Shown piece by piece: positions 27,468 through 37,900 of a DNA stretch of 63,697 nt. The position numbers were made by a program, and so were the translations under genes. The notes under the pieces are model-generated. The model searched no databases. It was not told the DNA's origin and was given only the letters and a program-made list of their open reading frames with translations. The DNA comes from Verrucomicrobiota bacterium. Its GTDB lineage: Bacteria; Verrucomicrobiota; Lentisphaeria; Lentisphaerales; Lentisphaeraceae. Where the stretch lies: NCBI GenBank assembly GCA_039798785.1, contig JBDKFG010000023.1, positions 1-63,697 on the forward strand. The letters are read 5' to 3'. Within the stretch, counting starts at the first letter, position 1, and each line of letters starts with the position of its first letter.

Positions 27468-30400
27468 ATGAAAGAACAAGTCAGCTTCACCGGCGGCGAG
27501 ATTGCCCCGACTCTCTACGCCCGCCGCGATTTCGAGCGCTACGTCAGCAGCGTCGGCAAGCTCCGCAACATGCTGGTGCGCCCCCATGGCGCCGCTTGGA
27601 ATCGCCCCGGCACCGAGTTCGTCGGCTACGCCCCCGCCGCTTATGGCGTCCGCAGTGGCAGGATGATCCCCTTCATTTTCTCGGACACACAAGCCTACGT
27701 CCTCGCCTTCACCGACAAAGGCGACGGCACCAGCACCCTGCAAATCCTCAAGGACGGCGGCATCGTTCTCGACGCGGTCAGTGCCCCGACCAACTTCACC
27801 GTCTCCTGGCCCATCGCCGATATTGAGGAAGCCAGCTTCGCCCAAGATGGCAACACCCTCATTCTCTGCCATCACTTGCACGCCCCGCTCGGCATCACTC
27901 GCGGCGCCCAGCATTATCTCTGGACCATTGCCGATCTCAGCCTCACTCCCGAAGTCGCCGCGCCCACCGGCCTTGCCGCCGCGCGCAACAAGATCGGCAC
28001 TACCGCGATGAACCGCCTGCGCGTCGGCTACATGTTCGAATCCTATGACTTCTACACCTCGACCATGGGGTCCGGCAACCTGCCGCTTAGCGGCATCGGG
28101 CAGACCATTGTCGGCTGGACGGTGCGCGCAGGCGACCGCATCCTCGCCACCTTTCAAACCGTCACTGCTGAGAATGGCATCTACATCGCCCAGGCTGGCG
28201 CTTGGCAAAGGGCGAGCGATTGCCCTGTCGGGACGAGCATGGCAGGGAAACAGCTCCGCACCAGCGAAGGCGGCAATATGCGAGTCGGAGCCGGAACAGT
28301 CGGCACCGACTTCACCACCAGCCCCTCAGCTCCGACTCTGACCAAGACCTTCAATTACAGCGACGAATTCAGCCTCGTCACCGACACGCTAAACACCACC
28401 ACTGACAAGATCTATGTCCAAGTCGTCGCCGAGTCTCTGGCCAGTCTCACCGCCCGAGTCGGAGAGGCCGCCGCCAAGGGACTTGTCGGCGTCTGCATCT
28501 TCAAAAACGACCTTTCAGTCAGCGGTCCCACGGTCTACAACATCAATAGCGACACGCTCATCACCCTCGTCATCGACTCTACCACCCTCACCGCCCGGAC
28601 TGGCCTCGACACCGCCAAGGGCAAACCGCAGTCCGTCAGCTACACCTACACCACCACCGCCCCGGCTCAAACCACGGCCTTCAAAAACTTCGATTACAAG
28701 ATCATCGCCATCGGTGCCAAGGGCGGCTATTCCAAGCCCTCCGATCCGGCGCACATGATCAACGATCTCACCGCCGCATGGGCCACCAACCGCATCACCT
28801 GGAGCCCCGTTGCCGGAGCCATCCGCTACCAGGTCTTCCGCTCCGATTCCGGCGACATCTACAAGCTCATCGGCACGACCGAGACGACGCAGTTCCAGGA
28901 CGCCAACATCGCCGGGGGCGAGTCGATCCTCGACGCCATCCCCGGATCCACCTTCACTAGCTCTGGCAACTACCCCGGCGCCGTCGCCTTCCACCAGCAA
29001 AGGCTGATTTTCGCAGGCACCGACAACGAGCCGATGACCCTGTGGTTCTCCCGCAGCGGCGACCGCTACAACTTCCAAAAGCACATCCCTATCCAAGCCG
29101 ACGACGCCATCAAGGTGACCATTGCCGCCGGCGAGGTCAACCAGATACGCCAGCTCATCAGCCACCAAGCACTGATCATCCTCACCGCCAATGCCGAATG
29201 GTCGCTCACCGGCGCCGCCGGAGTCGAAGACGCCATCACCGCTACCTCGGTCTCCATCCGCCAGCAATCGAAAAACGGCGCCGCCCTCTGCCGTCCGGAA
29301 ATCACCGGCAGCGGCCTCGTCCATGTCCAGAACGGCGGCCAAGCAGTCCGCAATCTCACCTGGAGCCTCGAAGCCGAAGCCTTCACCGGCAGCGAGGTTT
29401 CCTTGCTGGCGCGCCACCTTCTCGAAGAAAGCCCGCTCGTCGAAATCGCCTACGCCAAACGCCCCGACGGCATCCTCTGGGGCCTTCGTGCCGACGGCAA
29501 ACTCACCGCCGCCACCCTCCTCGAAGAGCAGAAGGTCAACGCCTGGAGTCTTTGCGACTTCAGCATCGGCGGAGCCACCGCCATCTGTAGCATCCCCGAG
29601 GGAGGCAAAGACAGCCTCTACATCATGTGCGCCGTCAGCGCCGGAGCACAATTCCCCTACCTCATCGCCTATCTCCGCATGAGTCAGCGCAATCTGCCTT
29701 TCGCCGAGCTCAACTTCCTCGATGCTGCCGTCCGTCATGATGCGAGCTCGACCCTCCTCGACGGCGCCAGCCGCATCGCCATCACCGACATCGGTGGCGG
29801 CCAGTGGACTCTTGCGGTCGCCGCACAAAGCATCTTCACCGTCGGCGCCACCGCCCGCATGGAGGAAGTTCAGGGCTATGAAGCCCTCAGCAATATCGGC
29901 GAACCCCTAGTCTCCCTGTGTAATGGCGTCCTCCTCAAAGTCCTGTCCAAGGCAGGAACGGATGGCCTCAGCGCCACCATCACCGTCACTGGCACCACAG
30001 ACGGCACCACGACATTTGCACTGCCCACCCTTGCCGGTCTGCCCGCGCCCTGCACTGCCTATCGCAGCGGCGGCAAGGTCTTCGCTCCCAAGAACAGCTT
30101 CCAGCGCAGCGGCACCGCCTTCAGCTCCCTCAGCACCTACGCCTTCATCACCGATGGCGTCGACCAAGGCAACTTCTCGGGCAGCGGCAGCCAAGCCAGC
30201 GCGTCCTGGCGCTTCGACCGCGCCTACTCCGGCTACCGCTACCAGTCCCTCATCGAAACCCTCCCCGGTGATGCAGTCCGCCCCGAAGGCTCGAAATCCG
30301 CCAGCCCCCAGCTCCGCATTGGCCTGGAGAAATCCGCTGGCATCGAGATCCGCCCCGCCTACTCCTTCGCACAGTGGTCCAGCTTCGCCCCCGCCAACCA

Positions 30401-30560
30401 AAGCTCCACCCCCATCGACGCCAAAAACCTCTTCACCGGCGTCGGCACCATCACCCAAGCCAGCAGCTGGGAGGCCGGTAGCGCCGTCCAGATCCGCCAA
30501 CGAAAACCCCTGCCCTTCACCTTACTTTCCATCACCCAGGAGAATCAAAATGGACGCTGA
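27468..30560 (+). CDS. Tail nozzle / tail tubular protein B (T7 gp12-like) with inserted domains
   Basis: SFTGGEIAP, RPGTEFV, YPGAVAFHQQRLIFAG, PLPFTLLSI. Confidence 0.88.
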   Translation: MKEQVSFTGGEIAPTLYARRDFERYVSSVGKLRNMLVRPHGAAWNRPGTEFVGYAPAAYGVRSGRMIPFIFSDTQAYVLAFTDKGDGTSTLQILKDGGIVLDAVSAPTNFTVSWPIADIEEASFAQDGNTLILCHHLHAPLGITRGAQHYLWTIADLSLTPEVAAPTGLAAARNKIGTTAMNRLRVGYMFESYDFYTSTMGSGNLPLSGIGQTIVGWTVRAGDRILATFQTVTAENGIYIAQAGAWQRASDCPVGTSMAGKQLRTSEGGNMRVGAGTVGTDFTTSPSAPTLTKTFNYSDEFSLVTDTLNTTTDKIYVQVVAESLASLTARVGEAAAKGLVGVCIFKNDLSVSGPTVYNINSDTLITLVIDSTTLTARTGLDTAKGKPQSVSYTYTTTAPAQTTAFKNFDYKIIAIGAKGGYSKPSDPAHMINDLTAAWATNRITWSPVAGAIRYQVFRSDSGDIYKLIGTTETTQFQDANIAGGESILDAIPGSTFTSSGNYPGAVAFHQQRLIFAGTDNEPMTLWFSRSGDRYNFQKHIPIQADDAIKVTIAAGEVNQIRQLISHQALIILTANAEWSLTGAAGVEDAITATSVSIRQQSKNGAALCRPEITGSGLVHVQNGGQAVRNLTWSLEAEAFTGSEVSLLARHLLEESPLVEIAYAKRPDGILWGLRADGKLTAATLLEEQKVNAWSLCDFSIGGATAICSIPEGGKDSLYIMCAVSAGAQFPYLIAYLRMSQRNLPFAELNFLDAAVRHDASSTLLDGASRIAITDIGGGQWTLAVAAQSIFTVGATARMEEVQGYEALSNIGEPLVSLCNGVLLKVLSKAGTDGLSATITVTGTTDGTTTFALPTLAGLPAPCTAYRSGGKVFAPKNSFQRSGTAFSSLSTYAFITDGVDQGNFSGSGSQASASWRFDRAYSGYRYQSLIETLPGDAVRPEGSKSASPQLRIGLEKSAGIEIRPAYSFAQWSSFAPANQSSTPIDAKNLFTGVGTITQASSWEAGSAVQIRQRKPLPFTLLSITQENQNGR

Positions 30561-31137
30561 TCAAAACTGCCTCGTCATCGACGACACCCAAGCCGCACTC
30601 AATCTGCTCGCCGATCTGAACCTGCCCGATCCCGTCATCGACGCCGAATTTATCTGCCGCCAGATCGAGCTCTCCCCCGGCCTGCGGCTGGTTCCCGTCG
30701 AGCAACGCCACCTCATCGAGCTCGAAGCCACCATGCGCTTCGCCGACCGCATCGAGATCCGCGACCTCAATCCCGGCGTCACCGTCAGCGAGGCCCTGTT
30801 AATCAGCGCCGAAACCTCCGCCTGGTGCGTCACCCTCCTCGATGCCGAGGGACGCGTCATCTGCGTCGGCGGCCTCGGCATCAGCCAATGCGGCAATGGC
30901 GTCCCCTGGCTCCTGGGTTCCGACCTCATCACCAAGAATTCCTTCGGCTTCCTCGCCGCCTCGCGGCAACTGGTCGACCAGATGCTTGTGCAGACCGGCA
31001 CCCTCTTCAACTGTTGCGACCGCCGCAACTTCGCCGCCCGCCGCTGGCTCTCCTGGCTCGGCTTCGAGTTCCTCCCCGACCCCATCGGCAAAAAGCCCGG
31101 CCTCGCCCTCTACTTCCACAAAAGCTGGGGAGGCTAA
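30550..31137 (+). CDS. T7 gp13-like GNAT-fold virion protein
   Basis: MRFADRIEI, GVPWLLGS, LFN...NFAARRWLSWLGF. Confidence 0.75.
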   Translation: MDADQNCLVIDDTQAALNLLADLNLPDPVIDAEFICRQIELSPGLRLVPVEQRHLIELEATMRFADRIEIRDLNPGVTVSEALLISAETSAWCVTLLDAEGRVICVGGLGISQCGNGVPWLLGSDLITKNSFGFLAASRQLVDQMLVQTGTLFNCCDRRNFAARRWLSWLGFEFLPDPIGKKPGLALYFHKSWGG

Positions 31138-31141
31138 TCCC

Positions 31142-31600
31142 ATGTGCTTCAACATGATCGGCAACGGCTTCCAAGGCATGGCCAAGACCGAGGAGATGCG
31201 CGCCCAGGGCAAGGAAGCCGCCTACCGCGAAGGCCAAGTCCGAGCCCTAGCTGGCGACACCCGCGAACGCGGCCAGGTGCAAGCCTCCCGCCGTCTTCTC
31301 GAAGGATCACAACTCAAAGGGCAACAGAAGGTCGCCTACGCCGCCAGCGGCGTCCGCAATGATCGCGGCTCGCCGCTCGACGTCATCGCCGACACCGATT
31401 ACGCCGCCCAGACGGACGCCAATACCCTGCAGCTCGACGCCGCCCGCAACGCCCGCGCCATGGCCCTCGAAGCCCGCATGAACGTCGAGCGCGCCAAGCG
31501 CAACATCAACGCCGCCGCCAACGGCCAGTTCGCCGCCATCTTCTCTGGCGTCGGCAGCGATGCCCAAACAGGCATGGCCGCTTACAGCATGATGGGGTGA
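31142..31600 (+). CDS. Small ejection/internal virion protein (gp14-like)
   Basis: MC start, GQQKVAYAASGV..GSPLDV motif. Confidence 0.75.
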   Translation: MCFNMIGNGFQGMAKTEEMRAQGKEAAYREGQVRALAGDTRERGQVQASRRLLEGSQLKGQQKVAYAASGVRNDRGSPLDVIADTDYAAQTDANTLQLDAARNARAMALEARMNVERAKRNINAAANGQFAAIFSGVGSDAQTGMAAYSMMG

Positions 31601-31655
31601 GGTTGATTTTTTCATTCGTTTGATTAGGTTTGAGCACTTGTAATGGAGAAATCAG

Positions 31656-32033
31656 ATGACTGAACGAGTTAAATGCACGCTATGCAGCAACATGATTCTC
31701 CCGTCAACTTCTGATTTATATCACGGTATATGCGGGCAATGCCACAAAATAAATAACCCGAATTTAAACATGGAATATCATGAGAACGAATGCAAGGTTG
31801 AGGTGGAGGATGATTTTAATGTTTTCTTGATAGTTGATGATACTAAAGACTTCTTGATTAGAGCCATAAATTTGGCGCCAGAATTTAATTCACTACAATT
31901 AAGAAAAATGATAATTGAATACAAAGGCATAAAATGCATTCCACTTGGACCTGTTGCAAATACAATTAACAAAGGACGGTATGAGCAACTAGCTTCAAAG
32001 AATAATATAAAAATTATTCTTGAATGGGCATGA
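31656..32033 (+). CDS. AT-rich moron with an N-terminal Zn finger
   Basis: GGAG RBS; CTLC..ILPST...GICGQC. Confidence 0.65.
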   Translation: MTERVKCTLCSNMILPSTSDLYHGICGQCHKINNPNLNMEYHENECKVEVEDDFNVFLIVDDTKDFLIRAINLAPEFNSLQLRKMIIEYKGIKCIPLGPVANTINKGRYEQLASKNNIKIILEWA

Positions 32034-32036
32034 ATC

Positions 32037-32246
32037 ATGATCACTGAAGCAGAAGCTATATCGAAAGCGCAAGAATTTCTTAAGGCCAATAATTTGATTC
32101 ATGAAGAATTTAGGCGTGTAAGGAGAGTAGGGAAATTATTGGTTGTTGCATTTCGTATAGATACATCTCCTTGGATAATAGATAACGATGAAATTGTAGT
32201 CTTGGTTTACTCGTCTGGGAAGTGCGAATTATCTATAAACTTATAA
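32037..32246 (+). CDS. Small AT-rich moron (immunity/PepSY-like start)
   Basis: MITEAEAISKAQEFL... Confidence 0.5.
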   Translation: MITEAEAISKAQEFLKANNLIHEEFRRVRRVGKLLVVAFRIDTSPWIIDNDEIVVLVYSSGKCELSINL

Positions 32247-32322
32247 ATTTATATGGCGGCAACGCACAAATCGGCATGGCCTACAGCATTCAGAGGATGC
32301 ACAGTCCTTAAAAATTATGTGA

Positions 32323-32742
32323 TTAAATAGATAGCTTTATCCATTCTCCATCATTATCAACCATAGCCGATAGGCCAGAAATTTTGTAGCTGTCATCTAT
32401 TTTTTTAAGTGTGAACTTGTACGATCTATTAACCTTTAAAGAATTGGGTTTAGAATCTATAATTCCAATAGCTCCAGATGGCGTTAATTTAATTGATTTA
32501 AATTCAAAATTTGCGAAGTCATGAGGTCCGGCATGTGATAAACTCGACAACTTAGGAGATCCGATGCAACAGACTGGGAAAATTTCATTATATTTTCTCA
32601 TGCTATCTCTTGCCAAGGCAATAATAGCCAAAGAGTCCCCATTAGGTATGCATTCTCTTTTTCGTTCGAAATCCAATTCGATCGAATGCAGCAATGACAT
32701 ATACCTTTCGATCACCTCGCGAATTTTATTATCATCATTCAT
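32323..32742 (-). CDS. AT-rich moron, possible NTF2-fold immunity protein
   Basis: GAGGA RBS; helical N-terminus and YKFTLKKIDDSYKI C-terminal strand. Confidence 0.55.
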   Translation of the reverse strand: MNDDNKIREVIERYMSLLHSIELDFERKRECIPNGDSLAIIALARDSMRKYNEIFPVCCIGSPKLSSLSHAGPHDFANFEFKSIKLTPSGAIGIIDSKPNSLKVNRSYKFTLKKIDDSYKISGLSAMVDNDGEWIKLSI

Positions 32743-32882
32743 TTGCAATCCTCAGCCTTGTTAACAGGTTTTTTTATTTCTAACTAGCTTACTGCATCCC
32801 CGATTCTGTTACAATCCCTCGCGCCATGATCTTGAAATTTTCAGTTTATACAGAAATTAAAGAAACACCCAAGGAACATTAC

Positions 32883-34928
32883 ATGCGCGTCCAAGTCTCC
32901 CCCAATCCCCAAGCCGAGCTCAGCCCCCTGCCGCTCTCCCGTGCTCAAAACATCTACGGCCAAGAAGCACTGCAGATGAAGCAGGAGCAGATCGGCCAGA
33001 TGACGCGAGGCGCAAGCGACCTCGCCAATGTCGCCGTCAAAGCCATCGACCAGCACCAGGAGGAAGAAGCCGCCGCCGCTGTCGGTGAAGCTCAATCCGA
33101 GCTCAGCCGACGCATGGACCTCGCCCGCTTCGGCGATGGCACCGATAAAAACCCCGGCCTCTACGCCCGCAAGGGCATGGACGCCAAAACCATCGAGCAG
33201 GATGGCATGGCGATCTACGCCAAAAACCGCGACGAGCTCGCCAAAAACCTGCCCTCGGAACGAGCCCGCAAAGCCTTCGCCAGCTCGATGCGCCGCGAGG
33301 AGGAGCAGCAGCGCCACGGCTTCATCGCCCACCGCGAACGCGAAATCGCCAGCTACAAACAGGGCCAGACCAACGCCACGCTGGACACCGCCATCAACGC
33401 CGCCAAAGACCAACGCCTCAGCGATGGCGAGGCCGAAAGCCGCCTCATCCGCGCCCGGGGCATGCTCGGTGCCGCCGTCGCTGGCCAGTCACCGGAAGAA
33501 GTCGAAGCCGCGCAGAAAAAGCTCGGCAGCACTTTCGCCCGCGAGCGCATCCTGTCCGCCCCCGATGCCGAAGCCGCCCAGGCAGCCCAAAAGCGCTACG
33601 GCAAAATGCTCGATGGCGAGGACATCGCCGCCGTCCAGAAGCACCTGGATATGCGTATGTACTCGGAGCGCGTCAAAAACGACGACAACAAGGTGCGCGA
33701 TGAAGTGGACCGCGTCATGAAAGACCGCGACCTCGGAAATGCCGATGATGTCGACAAAGCAGTGAAGGAACTCCGCAAGATCCCAGACGCCAACCTCGCC
33801 CGCAAAGCCGAAAACAAACTCCTGGCAGACTGGGGCGTCGAAGCCGAAATCCGGTCCAGAAAAGAGAAGGCCGCCAAAGATGCCGCCATCACCCAGAAGC
33901 TCACCGGAAAAGAGGTCGATCCCGAAATCCAAGCACTCATGTCGGCCGCAGATCGCGAGAAGCTCGATCTTGATCAAAAAGAAATCGCCATGAAGGACAA
34001 GCTCAAGGCCGACGAGGCCAAAGCCCTCGGCGCTGAAGCGAAGATGACCGCCCTGCCGGATGACGAGTTCGAAAAGATGCCCGCCGAGATCGCTCGCGAG
34101 CTCTACCTCGATCTCGACAAAGCCGGACGGCAGAAGTTCGCCGAGCGCAACTCTAAGGTCGAAGCCGCTAAAAAGAAGCGGGAAGAAGAGCAGGACAAGC
34201 ACAGCAAAGCTTCCGACAAAGAGCACGAAGCAAACCTCATCGATCTCGCCGGACTCAACGACGCCCAGATCAAAGACAAGCGGACCCAGGCGCCGGACCT
34301 GAATAAACTCAGAGACCAGATCAAGCTCCGCGAAGTCTGGCGCTCCCGCATCGAGAAGATCAACGAATCCCGCCCCGGACGCCCCTTGAGCGAAGCCGAG
34401 AAGATCATCCTCCGCCAAGGCCTGCTCCAACCTGTGCCGCTTGCCGACGGCAGCTCAGTCCCTGCCTGGAAGCTGTCGGAAACCCAGCGCCAGCAAGCCT
34501 CCACCCACATCGCCAAAGACGACATCGAGCTGCAGAACAAGCTCGGCCTCGACCCCATCCAGTTCCAGCAGATGCAAGATGCCAGCGGCGGCCACATCCT
34601 CGGCCAGATCGAGCGGATGGTTTTTGGCCGCAGCATCGAGCAGCAGACCGACATCGAGCTCGCCCTGGAGAGGGAGCTTCGCAAAGCCAAAGAAGCCGCC
34701 GCCGCCGAGCACAACAAACGAGAGCTCGAAAAATCCAGAGAGGCCCTCAAGCGCGGCAAGTTCTACAGCCCCGCCATGCCCGACCCCGCCGCCGGCCAGA
34801 AGTCCTCCGGCCCCTACATCATCGACAAACGGACGCAAGCCGAAGAACTGCCAGCGCCCCAGCCGCAAGGCGAGCCCCTGATCATTGCCGATAACCCGAA
34901 CATGCGCGATTGGATCCACATCAAATGA
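32883..34928 (+). CDS. Ejection/internal virion protein (gp15-like)
   Basis: Helical, charged 681 aa; GLYARKGMDA motif; position between gp14-like and giant genes. Confidence 0.7.
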   Translation: MRVQVSPNPQAELSPLPLSRAQNIYGQEALQMKQEQIGQMTRGASDLANVAVKAIDQHQEEEAAAAVGEAQSELSRRMDLARFGDGTDKNPGLYARKGMDAKTIEQDGMAIYAKNRDELAKNLPSERARKAFASSMRREEEQQRHGFIAHREREIASYKQGQTNATLDTAINAAKDQRLSDGEAESRLIRARGMLGAAVAGQSPEEVEAAQKKLGSTFARERILSAPDAEAAQAAQKRYGKMLDGEDIAAVQKHLDMRMYSERVKNDDNKVRDEVDRVMKDRDLGNADDVDKAVKELRKIPDANLARKAENKLLADWGVEAEIRSRKEKAAKDAAITQKLTGKEVDPEIQALMSAADREKLDLDQKEIAMKDKLKADEAKALGAEAKMTALPDDEFEKMPAEIARELYLDLDKAGRQKFAERNSKVEAAKKKREEEQDKHSKASDKEHEANLIDLAGLNDAQIKDKRTQAPDLNKLRDQIKLREVWRSRIEKINESRPGRPLSEAEKIILRQGLLQPVPLADGSSVPAWKLSETQRQQASTHIAKDDIELQNKLGLDPIQFQQMQDASGGHILGQIERMVFGRSIEQQTDIELALERELRKAKEAAAAEHNKRELEKSREALKRGKFYSPAMPDPAAGQKSSGPYIIDKRTQAEELPAPQPQGEPLIIADNPNMRDWIHIK

Positions 34929-37900
34929 ACCTTGAAACACCCAACGAACCTTCTGTCCCACCCCTGCGCATCCACCTCACCCCCGAGCAGCAGGCCGAAG
35001 CCGACGCCCACCGCGCCAAGGAAGACAAAGCCGCTTTCCTCGCCCGTCATCCCGAGTGGAATAAACCCCTCGCGCCGGACTTCGACGGCGAGCACAGCGC
35101 CGCCCTCGAAGACGCCAAGGAGCGCCTCGCCATGGCCGCCGTCGGCGCCTTGAATCGCGCCCGTCGCGAACCCAACGCCGCCGTCTACGGTGCCACCAAA
35201 GACCTCGGCGAAAGCTTCCAGGTCCTGGAGCCTGCCGCCGATGACATTGTCCGCCAGAAGCAGATCAACTCGATGGAACGAGCCTACCAGTCCACCGCCC
35301 ATGCCGACCTGATCCAGCACATCAAGGCCCATCCCGAGCTCAGCTACCTGCTCACTGAAGGCGACCTCAAGAACTTCTCCGGCGTCAAGGCCAACCTCAA
35401 GCGATTCAGCTTCGCTTGGCAGCGCGGCATGCTCAGCAACGAGCTTGCCGAACTCAGGAACAAACAGGCCGACGGCAAATACCTCGATGCCGACCAGCGC
35501 ATCCGCATGCGTGAGCTCTCGGAAAAACTCGCCAATCACGGCGATTCCAGCGACGGCAGCTTCCTCGCCTACAGCGCCACCACCATGGGCGAAATGCTCC
35601 CCTTCATGGGTTCGGTCATCGGCACCACGGTAGAGGGCACCCTCGCCGGAGCTCTTGCGGGCACCGCAATCGAGCCCGGTGGCGGCACCGCCGTCGGCGC
35701 CCTCAGTGGCCTAGAGCGCAGCGCCGTCATCAACCTCGCCCGCGTCGCCAACTACTTCAGCCGCGCCCGTTCCGCCAAGATCGGCGGCACCCTCGCCACC
35801 ATCCACGGCTCGGAACAACTCGAAACCGGCATGAGCATGGATCGCTACATCCAGGAGTTCACCGCTGCCCACGGACGCGCCCCCAACGAAACCGAAATCG
35901 CCGAGCTCGGGCGCAGTGCCAATATCTCAGGTCACCTCAAAGGCGCGCTCGAAGTCCTCCCCCTGCACAGCGCCCTCCATTTTGCGGGCGGCGCAGGCCA
36001 ACGCCTGATCCAGCGCCTCGGCATCAAATCGCCCCTTGCGGTCGCCGCACTTGGCAGCCTCGCCGCCGTCACCGGCCAGACCATTGTCGAGGGTAGCGAA
36101 GAGATGGCCCAACAAGCCGGAGAACTCGCCTTCTCCCCCACCGCTCACAGCGGCGCCCAGTGGCTCGACGAGATCTTCGACGCGGGCAAAGGCGGTGCCA
36201 CCGCCGGACTCTGGCTCGGTCTGCTCCCCGCCCTCTTCTCCGGTGCCCGCAGCTACCACGGCCAGAAAGACGCCAACAGCACTGCCGAGCTGCAAAGCGC
36301 CATCACCGACCAGGCGAAGATCGACGCCGCCCACGCCGGAGCCGCCACCCTGCAAAGCATCCACCAGCAAGTCAAAGCTTCCGACCTGGCGAAGCTCGGC
36401 GACAAGACCGCCTTCGAGACCCTCGCCAAAGACATCGCCAAGGACAGCCCGATCACCGAAATCACCCTCGACTCTGCGTCCCTCGCAAAAGTCATCGCCG
36501 TCGAGCGCCAAAGCGTCAAAGACAGCCTGCAGCAGCGCTTCCCCGACCTCGCCGACCAGATCGCCAGCCGCGCCGCCGTCACCATGTCCCTTGCCGACTA
36601 CATCGCCCACATCGCCCCCCTCGGCAAAAGCGATGAGCTTCTCCCCGGCGCCCACCTCGACCAGAGCGGCTTCAGCCTTGAGCAAGCGCAGCAGCGCGAA
36701 GCCGAGCTCAAGACCAACATGCCCGCCATCCTCAAAGCCGCCCAGGACGCCGAGAATAACGCCGGTTCCCTCAGCGAATCCGCCCAGAAGGTGCGCGAGG
36801 AAGTCCAGGCCATCGCCACCGCCCAAGGCGTCGACGACGAGCAAGCCATGCTCTGGGGCTACCTCTACGGCAACTTCTTCGCCACCCAAGGCCGCCGTTC
36901 CGGCCAAGACCCTCATGAGCTCTTCAAGTCATACGGCTGGAATCTGAAAACTGCCGGAACTGCCGCCGAATCGCGTGATATCGTAAGCCCGGAGACACCC
37001 GATGCAGCCCCTTCGCAAACTCAGAATGCCACCGCCGCCGCGCTTGCTTACGCCCGCGCAGCAGAATCGTCGCAATCTTCTGGAATGGGAGAAGTTCGAG
37101 AGGGAGAATCCGTGGCTGCTAGTGACGCGCCCAGCCCCCTACATGGGGATCACCCCGCCGCCGGGTCAGAACTGGGAAGTCCACAGCCCGAGCAACTGAC
37201 GCTCAGTCTCCCGGGAGAGCCTCAACCGGTCTTCTACGATGAAGTCGGGATGTCGAAGATCGGCACTTGGGATGCCGGTTTGAAAGAGCTGCTCACTCAC
37301 GCCGATCTTGCCCGCGCCACCGCCGCCATCGCCGCCGATCCGCAAGAGAACGTCCTCGCCGTCGCCACCGACAAGAAGGGCAAGATCCTCGCCGTCCACA
37401 GCGTCACCCGTGGCACCCTCGACCGCAGCAGCCTGCACCCCCGCGAAATCGTCACATGGCTCGCCGCCTACCCCAAGGCGGCCCATCTCTGGCTCAGCCA
37501 CAATCACCCCGGCGGCGACTCCTCACTCAGCCCGCAGGACCTCAAGACCTCCGAGGCCCTGGACGATATTTTGCGCGACACGCACATTCGCTATCACGGC
37601 TTGATCGCCGTCGCCAACAACGGCAGCGGAATCCGCTGGACGGCTCCCGACTTCACCAGCGGCACCGCGACTCCGGCCCTTGGCAAGCATCTTGTCCCTC
37701 ATGTCAAACGCAGCTTCGTCAAGCAGACCGGCCAAGGCATGATGATGACCAGCCCCGACCAAATCATCCGCATGATGAAAGCCGAAAACCGCGAAGACGA
37801 ATCCGCCCTGCTCCTCGTCAACACCCGCAACCGCCTCGTCGGCATCTTCCCCTACGACATTGCCAGTGCCACCCACTTGCGCGGCACCGAGCGCCTCAAG

